Assembly (NCBI GenBank): GCA_030141605.1 | Contig: JAQGDQ010000520.1 | Span: forward strand, 62,001 to 126,000 | Source: Tubiluchus corallicola | Lineage: Eukaryota > Animalia > Priapulida | DNA length: 64,000 bases | Direction of reading: 5' to 3' | Shown here: positions 13,316 through 26,600 of the stretch, one piece after another | How the letters are laid out: each line of letters opens with the position of its first letter | Numbering within the stretch: position 1 is the first letter of the stretch | Translations under genes and position numbers: made by a program | Notes under the pieces: model-generated | Seen by the model: only the letters and a program-made list of their open reading frames with translations | Databases searched by the model: none | Told to the model about the DNA's origin: nothing

Positions 13316-16021
13316 TTGAAATGTTACTATTTTAATGCAAGGTGCATCACTAACAAATATTCAGATCTGTTACATTTTTTGAACACTACTAGTGCTGATT
13401 TGTAACAGAAACATGGCTGCATTATGACACTGACTCTAGTGAGTTTGTTCCTAATGGCTATATGTGCCATCGTTGTGATCGTGCTCACACGGAGGCTTTA
13501 AAGGGTGACGGAGTCGTGATTTTAGTTAAGAGTTATCTTTATTCTACTATAAACAGCAACTTTGACACTGATGCCGAATTATTATGGGTCAATATTTACC
13601 CCCACAGCAGTGATAAACTGACAATTGGGGTGTGCTATAGACCCCCAAATGGATCCCTTGATAATAGAAGGCATATTTGTAATAGCATTAGGGATGCAGC
13701 TTCATCTTCCTCTTTTTGTGTTATTCTTGGAGATTTTAATCTTCCAAATGTAGATTGGATTAACTATAGAGGTTCTAGTGAAATGGATGAATTGTTTTTA
13801 AATACTTTGGAGGACAACCTTCTTGAACAATCAATGCGTTATTTCACCAACTCGCAATAACAGCATTTTAGATTTAGTAATAACAAATAATTATCACTGT
13901 ATAAGTAATCTTGTGGTTGCTGAACCTTTTTCTACAAGTGATCATAATTCCATTTACTTTGAACTGCTACACAATTATGTAAATAGAAACTTATCTTCCC
14001 GTGCTGTGAAATTGTATAGTAATACTAATTTTGTAGGTGCTAATCAAGTTTTTTTCCTGGTTGACTGGGAAACGGTGTTTAATAATAGAGATATTGATAT
14101 GTGCTAAACAGTTATGTACCTACAATGTGTATTGATGCTAAGTCAAAGGTTAAACCTGTCTGGCAAAGAGCACCAATTGTACGTCAAGTGGCTAAACAGA
14201 AATCTACAGCATGGAGAAGATTTACTCATTTTCACTCAAATGCACGTAAAATGTAGTTCAATAGTACTTCAAAACATCTCAAGGACTCATTAGTAGAGCC
14301 CAGGAAAGTTTATGAGAAGAACCTTGTACAGAGTATAAGAACTAATCCAAAGAAGTTCTTCAGTTACACAAAACAATTTACTAAGCCAAAGAATTCCATA
14401 GATTCACTGTTAGGACCAGATAATGAAGTTTTGCTTAATGACTCCGATAAGGTTAATGCGTTGAATGACTTTTTCGCTTCAGTATTTATTAAAGAGTCTT
14501 CAGATTAAATTCCTCAGTGTGTCGGTCCTTCTCCTAGTAGTGTAATCGATGACGTCAACTTTTCAATACAGACAGTATATGACCAGCTACAAAAAATTGA
14601 TGAGACAAAAGCGAAAGGTCCCGATGAACTTCATCCCACCATTTTGAAGAACTGTGCAGAAACACTGGCAAAACCACTTCCTATTGTTCAGGAAGTCTAT
14701 AGATTGTGTTTGTCTGCCTCAGGATTGGCGTGATGCTAATGTTATTCCTATGCCAAAGAAAGGTCCTAAAGTACTCACTAATCATCGTCCAGTGTCATTA
14801 ATTAGCATTGTAGTTAAGACATTAGAACGTTTAATTCAACATCCACTTATGGACTTCTGCATCGAAGAAAATCTTATTAACTCTAGAAACCATGGTTTTC
14901 AGAAAGTAAAGTCGTGCAGTACCAATCTTGTGGAAGTTCTTGATGACTGGACATCAGTATGTGATAATTTGGGGGAGGGCGTGGACGTGATTTATCTGGA
15001 CTTCAGCAAAGCATTTGACACTGTTGCACACAAGCAACTATTAGCTAAATTGTATTACTCAGGCACCAGAGGCAAACTGCTCAAGTGGCATGAAGCATTT
15101 TTGTCAAATCGCAGACAACGAGTAGTAATCAATGGAACACCTTCTAGGTGGTGCTCAGTTTCTAGTGGTGTTCGGCAAGGGTCTATACTAGGTCTCGTTT
15201 TATTCCTACTCTTCGCCAATGATTTGCCAGATTCAGTTACTTCAGAAATTAGTATGTTTGCTGATGACACAAAAATCTATCGCCGAGTTCTGACAACAGA
15301 AAATTCAGTACATTTACAACAAGATTTACTTCATCTGGAAGCTTGGTCTGATAAATGGTTATTATAGTTTAATGCAGATAAGTGTGTAGTGTTGAAACTT
15401 AAAGCTCAAGTTTCATCACATTATTATTTGTTTGGCAGTAAGTTAACACACGTGTCAGAACATAAAGACCTAGGTGTAATTATATCTAATGATCAGAAGC
15501 CTGCTGCACATATGACCAACATTTGCAAGAAGGCAAATCGGATGACTGGATTGATTAAAAGATGTTTTGTTAACTGGGATCCTAAGCAGGTGTTAACTCT
15601 CTACAAAGCTTATGTGCGACTATTATTAGAATATTCTAGTGTAGCATGGTCACCATTGTTACAATTTGACATCAAGAGATTGCAGAAAGTTCAAGACAGG
15701 TGCCTGCGATTATCTTATGCAGCTGATTTGTGTCCTGAGATTTGTTCACTCCAACAGAGAAGAGAAACAGCTGACATGTATGAAGTATTCAAGTACATAA
15801 ATGGAGACAATCATGTTAGTTGTGATACACTATTTAAGGCTGCACCTCTGCTGTCCACTCGCTGTCATTCTAAGAAATTGTATAAACCGTATGCAAGAAC
15901 TAATTGTAAAAGTTCATTTTTTTCACTCCGCGTAGTGAACAAATGGAATAGTTTGCCAGAAAGAGTGGTTAGTGTACCGAATTTAAACCTTTTTAAGGAG
16001 AGATTGAGGGCTTCACAGTAG
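13316..16021 (+). mobile_element. Decayed CR1-clade LINE ORF2 (APE endonuclease + reverse transcriptase), near full length
   Basis: LKCYYFNARCITNK, VTETWL, GVCYRPP, LGDFNLP and SDHN (APE); HRPVSL, YLDFSKAFD, QGSILG and FADD at 15257-15268 (RT); C-terminal LLEYSSVAWSP and RVVNKWNSLP. Broken by several frameshifts and stops (e.g. ~14106, ~14256, ~14506, 15365). Confidence 0.92.
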
Positions 16022-16264
16022 TCATGCTTTAAGCCAAAATTATTATGAAAGGATCATGAAAGTTGTTTATAACCGAATCGAGACGTTTTAAATGAAGATT
16101 ACTGGAATTGATTAATTTATTTGTACTATATACTATATAGCAAAGATGCATGTTTACTGTTTACTGATAAACCAGTTTATTGTGCAAGCTGAATATTTAA
16201 CTGTTTACCATTTGTTTTTTGTATTTACTCATACCAAGTAACTATGAAACTATGATAATTTTGT

Positions 16265-16408
16265 AAATATTTATATATATATACATATTCGAGGCTACAG
16301 CTCGGACGACGGCACCATCTATACATCAAATGAAAGGTCTCGATCTAGTGTCGTGCCATTGGGGGTTTATTTTTCGAATCGGGTATATATATATATATAT
16401 ATATATAC
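16265..16408. repeat. (TA)n tracts enclosing a ~100-bp GC-richer repeat fragment
   Basis: (TA)n at ~16272-16283 and 16384-16408 flank the unique segment 16284-16383. Confidence 0.65.
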
Positions 16409-16440
16409 ACATGTATAAAAACTAACAGCTGTTAAATTTA

Positions 16441-16625
16441 CTAAGCGGGAAGTGCCCGCGCATAAATTGTAAAAACTTTCTGGTACAAAAACCGCGTAAT
16501 AAAATTAATTAAAAAGGAGAATTACTAGGTTGTATGTAACATGGGAAATCATCACTGCGTGGAGCGCGGGAAAAAGATCGAAGAGCTCTCGCATGTTTAT
16601 GATTCCTTAGCAACGTACCTCGGAG
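16441..16625. promoter_or_regulatory. Candidate promoter island with an E2F-like site
   Basis: Local CpG cluster in an AT-rich background; GCGCGGGAAA at 16564-16573 (reverse complement TTTCCCGCGC, E2F consensus) plus GCGGGAAG at ~16446; lies between two divergent genes. Confidence 0.4.
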
Positions 16626-16759
16626 TCAGATACTAAAATCACTGCACCAATTTTTCCAGTTTTATATTTTTGTTATTTCTGGCAAGTTATTTACAATTTG
16701 TCATTAATATGAATTGTATTTCAAACAGAATTAATTTATGCGCATCATCTTAGTGCTTG

Positions 16760-18790
16760 GAGAGATTATAATAAAACCTCTCTTCCCCAAATTAGAGATT
16801 ATTTCACTAGTATTGATTGGTACAATGAGTTAATTGTTATGATGTAAATAGCTGCTGGAACTTCTAGGATAAATATAATTATGCTGTAAATACTTTCGTA
16901 CCTCTAAAGGGAACCTCTTCAAATGATCGTAAATATGATTGTGCCGCTTGAGAAAGGGATTCTGTTGTTATTAAAACAAAAGCTAAGAAAAGTCGCCTCT
17001 GGAATTTATGGTGTGCGACTTCTTTAAATGGTGTGAAAGCCGAATATACACGAGCTTCTCAACAGTTGAGACAATCTATTCTTGATGCCAGGAAATGGTA
17101 TGAGGAAAAACTAGCTAGTAAAATCAGTAAGAATTGCAAGGAATTCTTTCGTTACAGCAAACGCTTTTTAAAACCCGTGAACCATATAAGCAGTATTGTA
17201 AATCAACAACAAGAGATTGTCGCCGATCCTGCCACTATTGCTTCTACCATAAACGATATTTTTGACTCTTTTTTTGCCCAAGAACATGAGAACATTGAAT
17301 ATTTGGAATTGCAATAGTATAATTAATGTTGTCTTTTCGATAAATGAGGTATATCTCAAACTCATTAAGTTAAAGCCTTTTACAGCCACAGGCTCAGACA
17401 ATGTTCATGGTTTTATTCTCAAAACCTGTGCCTGCCAACTTGCTTGACCACTGCTTTTGATTTTTAAGAAAAATCTTGACTCTTGCGAAGTTCCTTTGAA
17501 CTGGCTGGACTCAAATGTCACTCCTATTCCGAAGAAATCTTCTGCAACTCCTTCATGCGATGATTTAAGGCCTATTTCTTTAACATCAATTGTTGCCAAA
17601 TGCCTTGAGTCCATTATATGGGATGAGCTACTTCTATTTCTTGTCAGTTCTGAGCGTATTTGCAAAATCAGCATGGTTCTTTACCAAATCGCTCTGTTGT
17701 AACTAATTTACTCTCTTGCTTAAATGAATGTACTAATTTTTTTGATGATCCATCCTTACCTGGTATTGATATTTTATATTTAGACTTTAGAAAAGCTTTT
17801 GACTCTGTGCCTCTAAGGCGGCTACTGCTCAAGATGGAGTTCTCAGGAATCCGTGGTAATTTATTAAAGTGGTTTAATTTTTTCTTAACTCATCATATTC
17901 AACGGATGGTTATGGATGGTATAACTACAAACTGGCAGGCAGTAGCTAGTAGAATCCACAAGGTACCCTTAGTGGCCCTTACTGCTTTTTTATTTCTATA
18001 AACGACATTACTAATTGTTTGCTTCCTGGTACAAGCATCCCTTTATTTCTAGATGATCTTAAGCCCTATCACCCAATCTGGGGTGACTTAGACCAATTTA
18101 TTTTACAAAATAATCTCAGTGAAATTGAAAAATGGTGCAATGAACGGTTGATGCAACTTAAAAGAAGTAAGTGTTGCTTATTAGGTGTGCGGAATAAATC
18201 TCACACACCATATTACATCAGTGATAGAGTCATAGAAGAGAAATCTGTTGTACGTGATTTAGGCTTGTACGTATCCAGTGACCTAAAGTGGAATACCCGT
18301 GTTACTCATATAATAGCTCAGGCAAATCGTCGAATTGGTATGATCAAACGTTGTGTCGTTTCAAGATCTGCTAATGTCATAGTCCCCCTATACAAAGCAG
18401 CCGTTCGTCCCATTTTGGAATTTGCATCAGTTGTGTGGTCACCTCAGTGTGTAACTCTCAAAGATGCTTTGGAGAAAACTCAAGACAGATGTATGAGGCT
18501 AGTCCATAATGTAGATCTTGCAGTGATGTCCACTTTAGAACAATGCCGATGTATTGCTGATCTTGACAATTGTTATAAAATTATGAAAGGACTCTTAGTT
18601 TTACAAGAACAAGATTTCTTCTTAAGACCATGCAGAGAACTACGAGGCCATGATTCCAAATGCTTCATCGAATATAGCCGAACCAACATCCGTTCTCATT
18701 TTTTTGTCTCTCGTGTGGCCCATCCAGGGAACTCACTCTCAGCTGAATACTGTCAATGCACCATCTATCGATAAATTTAAAATGAATATG
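16760..18790 (+). mobile_element. Second, 5'-truncated and more decayed CR1-clade LINE (RT region)
   Basis: LRPISLTSIVAKCLE, YLDFRKAFDSV, FLDD (degenerate FADD), RDLGLYVSSDLKW, VRPILEFASVVWSP, LRGH; many frameshifts; a different subfamily from the upstream copy. Confidence 0.9.
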
Positions 18791-19371
18791 AGAAGGGACT
18801 GTTACACGAGTTGAGCTGTATGTTTTGATGTCATTGTAAAGAAGATTGTTCAAAAAACAAGTTACATAGCATTCTCAATCTGGTTCTTACCTAATGAATA
18901 ACTAACAGTTCTTGTAATCGTGTGCCTATGGAACTTATAGATGACGTATCTACTCTCTGAAAGGCTTTTATATAAGTTATACCTGTTGACCAATCAGCAT
19001 TTAATTAATTGCCCATTGTGTTTATTATAAGTGTATTATATGTTTGTAATGTTTATTGCCAAATAAGATATTGTTTAAACTAACTTAATGCTTATTATAA
19101 ATGTTTAGAAATCTGTCAATGTTACCTAGTAGTAGTGGTATTAGGGCCTAATTACTATGCTAAGGAATTTGTGGTGTGCCCAGATCTGACAATATTAAGT
19201 ATTGATGATTGAGTCTTCCAATTAAATTAATATTTTGTGCTACTTTAGGCTACAGATGTTGAATATGTAAGCCATGTAACTACCTTTTTCAGCTTAGCAA
19301 GAAGGCTCATTTGTCCAGCATCTTAATTTATTTGGTTTTTTTCTTATTTCAGTTTATTTTCAGTGTTCAGG

Positions 19372-20603
19372 ATGGCATTATTTCGTGATAATGTTAGCAA
19401 ACTCAACGCAACCCGGCGGGCATCAGGTAAAAATTTTTTTAGCATATCAGTGAATGTACCAGCTGCTTCAGAATTATTTATTATATAGTACTACATATTT
19501 TTTGCAAGTCTATGCTAAAGGTTTAAAATAGCTCATAAGATTAAAGCTACTTATAGGTTGATTATCTGTAAGGTAAGTACAAATTTAGTTACTCTATTTT
19601 GTTTTTTGTAAGGTGAAACTTATTGATTTTATATAAAAAGGAACCTTTTTTGTTTTTCTTTCTAGTTATGGAAGTTCTGAGTGCTATTAGGAGTTCATGC
19701 AGCATACTGCAAACGGCTCAACCCATGTTTATGATGGGAGCTAAAAGAAAGCCTGCATACAGAGATTGTTCCTTCATATTTCAGTTGGCAACACATGTAC
19801 CTGACACTGTGGTAAACAGAGATTATAACAAACCACTGCCTTACAAAAGTGACTCTTATGGTGTCTTGGTTTTTGCAGATATTTCAGGTTTGTAAAACAG
19901 TGTTCACGAATAATATGCATGCGTTTGCATAATAGGTTTAGATTGTAAATTGCATTGGTTTGGCCATCTTGGAAACTGCTAAGCGGAGGATAATATATTA
20001 TTTGTTGTAAGGCATTTACTTCAATTGTGTCTGATAAGATTAGACATTTGCTGTTTAGATGCCTCATATAGGCTATGAATTTTAGCTTTGAAAAACGGTC
20101 ATCGTTGCTATTTAAAATATACTCCAGAAAAAGTGTTAGTTCACCTGTGTCTGGCCACGTTAATATGGATTTCATTTAATGAACTGAATAATGAGCTAAT
20201 ATGTCTAATGCCGTGTGTTATTAAACTCATCAGATTAGTGTGAACAGAGCAATTTTAGTTATGATATCTGAACGTAAAAAATTGATAGTATTAATTTTAT
20301 GAAATTTTACTGTTTTGCAAACATAGCACAAAATATTTTTGCAAAAATAGTTCGTGTCAGCTCTGACCAAAACGTCTTGTGGTAAAAGTTGAAAGGACAT
20401 CCGGTGAAACAACTTGGTAATTGTATGGTGTTTGTATTTAGGGTTTACAGCATTGACTGAGAAATACAGTGTCAACACTAAAAGTGGTACGGATCAGCTT
20501 TCCAAGACACTTAATGATTATATTGGCACTCTCTGTGAAAGTAAGTCTCCATTATTTGTTAGATATTATATATATGCATATATATAAAAACTAATATATA
20601 ATA

Positions 20604-20649
<46 letters not shown>

Positions 20650-23600
20650 CATTATTGTAATAAAAATACATAAAATATACAGTAATAAAATCACGATACA
20701 GATTAATAATTGTGTACGTTCAGTGTCTGTGCTGATGTTTTATAATAGCGTCAGATCATTAGTAAATTATACATGATTAAAAACATTGATGAAGCGATGT
20801 TAGTAAGTAAAAAAAATGCTTAAAATTTACAATTCAGAAAAGCTTATCCATTGATTTTTGACACTACTAATTTTTACATTTGATTAATTTTGAACAAGGT
20901 TCTCATAGTATATTATGGTAAGATATGCAATACTATTAACCCATCAGGTACCTAAGAGGAATTTATGGGCTTCTTAAAAAAATTTATAGTTACTTTTTTA
21001 TTTGTTGAAATAAAACAAAATTTTATCTCTTTTCAAATCAGTGATATTTCATTGTCCTACCAGGCACTTTCATTAGTCTAACAACAAGAAATAATGACAA
21101 GGATAAACAGTAAAACACACTGTTTCCTATGCACAAAAATGCAAAGACATGACACAATGGAGAATTTTGTTCAAAATTCATGAAATGTAAAAATTAGTAA
21201 TGTCAAAAATCAATGGAGAATCAAAAATAATTTCTGTTAAGTGAAAAGAGTGTAGGCTGTTCTATTAGCTATTTATTTATGTGGATTTAAAGATTACTTT
21301 TGGAATAGAATTTGCTGTGCAGAGTACTACAGTAAATAGATATAACGATTGATAGTTAATAATCAGTGCATTTTGATTATTAATCTTATATGTGGCATGA
21401 AGATCCGAAACTGAAAATGAGTTTTTATCTTTAGGCATCATAACTTCTGATGGTGACATACTAAAATTTGCTGGTGAGTATTAAAATAACTGAATATTAA
21501 GGTAAAACTTTTAGCTAGGAAATGTTTAGTGTACCTGCCCAAACCTAATTAACAAAGGCACTCTGTGTTGTCTGTCGATAACAGGACTAGTGATGTTAAC
21601 TGCAAAATGAATGGAAAAGTCATTAAGGTGCCTCGCTTCACATAGTATTTAATTATCCTATTATAGTATTTAGCTTCATTTAATGACGTTTCGCTTAATG
21701 TCACAGTTAGCGTCGTTATGAGAGGAGTTACTGTACTGCAGCTATTAGAGACAGACGTGTTTCCATTCTCAAGTTTTTCTAGAAAACTTTTACCAGTATT
21801 ATATGTTTAATAGGTGATGCTTTACTTGCACAGTGGGAGTGTGCTACAGAAAATGAAGTACAGTGGTCATTGCGCAAGGCGATAAAGTGCTGTGTGGCAA
21901 TTCAAGAAAAGTATGGAGAGTGGAAAACTGATATTGGCGTTAAACTAAGGGTTAAACTGGGTAGGTACTTGTGATGTGATAAGCATTTTTGCACAAACTT
22001 ATTTTTTAGTAGTATTTTGTCTATTTAAGATCATCTGGTAAACTAAATGTGGACATTTTGGAATGATTAAAGACTTGAAAGGGTTTGTTGACTAGTCAAG
22101 TGTTTAGATAGGCTTTAGATAACTCTAATAACACCTTTTATCTGGTAGTGCAAAAATCACACGCTATATACATACTAAAAATCGGAGACTATTCATGAGT
22201 TGCGGCACTAGTCTACAAGCTCATTTGTAAATGTAATGTAAAATGAAAACTTGTTTAATTTTATAATGAATGCTACAGACAGACAATTTTTGAGCTGTTT
22301 TACAGTTAATTTGATATAACTTGGTGGTGTCAAGAAACTAAGAAATAAATCTTCTAGAATCTTTGGCAAATTGGCTAGTTTTTTTTAACATAACAGTTAA
22401 TTTTGTTAACTTATGATTGGTGTTGTGATTTGACTACTTATATTCATTTCTGTCTAACTTTCACTGTGTCAGCAAACCTCGACAATCGCTATTAAGAATT
22501 TATTTTAATACAAATCATGTCATAAGATCCTTTTCGATTGTTATGAAAATTTATGTAATTAAAATTAAAATTATTTGCTTTTTCTGGTTTATTTGAAGTT
22601 AGTTTTCTAATAGCATTTGGTTATCAAGATTCTGATTTTTTAAATCTTTTCAACAAATTTCATAGCACTGTTCATAATATCAGTGGCTAATCTAAGTTTA
22701 AATTACATTATTGAGAAAATTTCTAATTCTGAAAAGTATAAGTTTGTATGTAGTTGTTGTAAGATAAGTCTTGTATCATTTCAGCTGTTTCTGCTGGGGA
22801 CATCACTATCATGTTTGTCGGAAACAATGAGTTTCGCCATTACATAACCATGGGATCTACGGTAGACGACGTAAGTCGGGCAGAGAAATTCTGTCAGTCG
22901 GGAGATGTGGTACTTGCTCCTTATGCCTGGTCTCTGTGCGATCCAGATGAGTGGGAGTACTGTTTAATGGAAGACGGTCAACACGTAAAAGTAAATATTT
23001 TACCATTTGCTGTTAAAACATTCTTAAACAACTCGCCAAATGTTGGAAGAATTTGATGTTTACTTTGTATTTTTAGGTTAAAAACCTATTGATAAATTAG
23101 AACATTCTACTGGAAATTCAGGATGTTGTTTTTCAGATTCTCTCTTTGTTGGATACTAGTTCCAAGTTGTACTTATTACGCAGGACATACAGTTATTTCA
23201 CAATCTTGCGAGGGTTGCGCAATGAAAATTATGGGTATCCTGAGATCAACAAGAATTTGACACCAGTTGCATTTAGTCGACCTTATTGTAAGTATGTAAT
23301 TTTAACTTATACTGTCAAGTTGTCTATTTGAAATTAAATTCTTTTAAAGTTTTCATTACTGAGACTTTTCCTAGCAACATGCTATTACTTTTAAATACTT
23401 AAAAGTAATTGATAATGATAATTTATTTGTAAAGCACACAAATTGACAATTATTGTCATCAGATGCACTACAAAACAGGTCTACCATTAAGAATGACTGC
23501 AAATCACTTATTTACATAATACTGTATTGTAAGGGTGGGGGCTTATATACCACCTGCTATGCTGATTGAGACACTTGCTGGTTCAGTAGCTCTTCTTATA

Positions 23601-26600
23601 GTGAAATTGCTGATAATGAGTCAGGCTCCAGTCATGCCATAAACATCTCACTAACTAGGCTTTGGCTTTGGGTGCTGGAAAAAATGTTAAATTGAATTAT
23701 TGATTTTTGCATATTTGGACACGTGCCGGAAAAGTCACATCATCTTTAAAGGCAATGCACCACATCAGCAGTTTTGCTTATTGTTTATATGCTTCGATGC
23801 ATTGTATGTTTTTATGTTGTTATAAATTTTGCCACTAAAATATGCCATGGTGTGTAGCACTTTGTAATAAGCACTTGTTAATTTCGAACCCGCATGAGTG
23901 TCATCTTCGTATTTTATTTCGCAAATAAAGAAAATAAAGCTCATTGCTTAATATTGCTTAATATTATATTTTTCTTAGTGTTACTTCTATTATTTCACTT
24001 ATTTTGAGTATTGCATTAAATGAAACAATCTGTGATTGGTTAATTTTAATTTTTAATATCATTGTTATGTCTACTTGATTATTTTAGTGACTGTCGATCC
24101 TGAAGTAGTACAACAAGAGCGGCAAAAACTTCGTTGTAAGTGTTAGCATTTGACATTTAGGTCTGTTTCATATCCTAATTTGATAATCTAGATATTAAAT
24201 TTATGTGTGTAGATGAAGGTTAATCACCCGTGGATTATTCTAGGTCTAAATTAATTACAAAATAATCTGATTGATTACTAATTATTTTAGAATGTTGCAT
24301 TGACTTGGCTTGTAATTTGTTGGTTTCTGGTACAGATCTTGGCTCAGTCTCAAGTTTTCACATTTTTTTCCAGTTTTTTTTCTGCATTTAATGATTGCAT
24401 ATTTAGTCTATTGTTAATAGATAAACTTGAAATGAAAATTTTCGTCAGTGTTGTACTTTTTCATATAGAAGTCTTGATACATTTTTCTTTACTTTAATTT
24501 ATAAGTGGCTTTTATAATTATGGCTTTTATAATTATGATGAATTATAAAAGCCAGATATGTTTTACACTGTTTGTTCAATTCCAATTTGGTACCCGATCT
24601 GCACATCCTGTTATAGCCCCCTTAAGTGATGTGCCTTATCTCACTCAAGCAGGTTAGCGATGGTGAATAATTAATTTTCCCAACTCTACAAAATGAATTT
24701 AGTCTGAAGCCAAACTTAGCTAACAGTTAGAGGGAAAACTGATTACTTTCCTGTAATTTTTTCTCATTAGTTCGCCAAGTTGTTTTCTTACCTGGCACAA
24801 ATAAAGCTTTGACTGCAGAACTGAGACGTTACATCATTACACCAGTACGAGCTAAGGTGAGTAAATAAATTCTATGACATTTGAGCAGGTTTTGCAGGAA
24901 TTTATAGGAAGGAAGTTTCCTATATGTAAATTTGGCAATTATTATTTTAACTTTTGTAATATATATATAATGAAAGTGCATGAAAATAGTTTGCAAGTGT
25001 GAAAATGGCAGACAGCGACGAAAGCCATGAAAAAGTTTATAGGCTATGTTTCAGTGCTGCAGTATTTGAAAAATATGAGTAAAACACAAAAGAAATGCCG
25101 CAATAAATTAATCGTGATATCGGATTACAAGAACAAAATTATAATCAAATTACAAAAATTCAAAATCGCATATCACTAGCAGCTATTGCACAACCTGCTA
25201 GATAAACCAAATAGAATCCGAATTTTTTTTAACCAAACTATATGTTGTGAAGTAAACTGGTTTCTGGTGCATTCAAATTACATGGCTTGAAATTATATTT
25301 GTATACAAATTGTATTTGTATTTTTGTAATATTTTCATTTTAGTTAGATGACATGCAACCTACAGACTTTCTGTCTGAAATGCGACAAGTGACAATTCTT
25401 TTCATGAACCTGATTTTAAAGCAAACGTCTCTACGTGAGCAGGTGTACATTTTGCAGAAGGCGTTTGAAACCACCTATAGCATCCTAGCAGAAGTAGATG
25501 GTTTGTATGATTATAGTTCATCTGTTTTCATAAAAAATTGTCACTTGTAATGTGCAGGTTGGCTTAGTTTGGTTTTTTGCACACACAGGCTGCACCTCGC
25601 TTATATTCATTTCTTGTCTAATTTGTGAATATATAACCTCATATGAGCGAGTATTTTAATGAGTTTTATATCTTTAGCATTGTCACGTATCAGTGATTGT
25701 GCAGTAGACATCGTTTTTTAACATTAAGTTGTGTTAAAGAAATTTGGGAAAATTTGTTCATTAAACTAATATTTCCATGAAATTACCTGGAATCATGGCT
25801 ACCTACAAAGCTATCCAAACCATTGGGATTTTAGGCCATATTCTACACCGACAATTGGAATTGTTCAAAGTTATAAGCACTTAGGCCTACTCTTGCAAAG
25901 ACATACTAAATGTGGTAACCAAGCAGGTTTGAACAATGTATGAATTAGCTGAAGAGAAGACAATGATCAATTCACGTCGACTGAAACACACTTCTTTCCT
26001 ACTTTCACCTATTTACACAATAGCAAGCAGATGGTAGTCAACGATGGTAGTCAAGCAGATGGTAGTCATTTTAATACAAGTAACACCTGTGTTTGAAGAA
26101 CCAAAGAATGTCACAAACAGTGAATCTATTTTTAATAATAGATTCTTGGAGGCAGCAAAAGAATTTTCCTGAACATTGTGAAGGGAGGATCCAGTTCCTT
26201 GTATAAATAGTGAGAATTCAGACTTTTTACCATATGGCATGCCCATTCTGTAGACAATACACTTCTGTCGTTGCAGATTCAGTGATGAATGGTCGCACAG
26301 ACTGTTTTATCATTACTGAAATATGGTTTAGTGCTACAGATAATTCACTTAAATTAAAAATAGAATCAACCTTCCAAGGTTTTAAAATACAATAAGTACC
26401 AAGATCAAAAAAGAAAGGAGGTGGTGTTGCAATCACCATTAAATCCGAAATTACAGCAAAAGTAAACAAATTGCCCAGCTAACCAAAAATTTGAGTTATT
26501 CGATGTTAATGTACATACATCATCAATTGTTATTCGCCTGGTGGTTGTTTATCGCCCACCATATAACTGGCTCAATTGGATGTTGGCAATACCAAACTTT

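Noticed and set aside
13316-18790. Active LINE or domesticated RT gene
   Set aside because: Both copies have multiple stops and frameshifts; the second has FLDD at the catalytic motif.
20936-20965. piggyBac-like end TTAACCCATCAGGTACC
   Set aside because: No matching opposite TIR or TTAA found.
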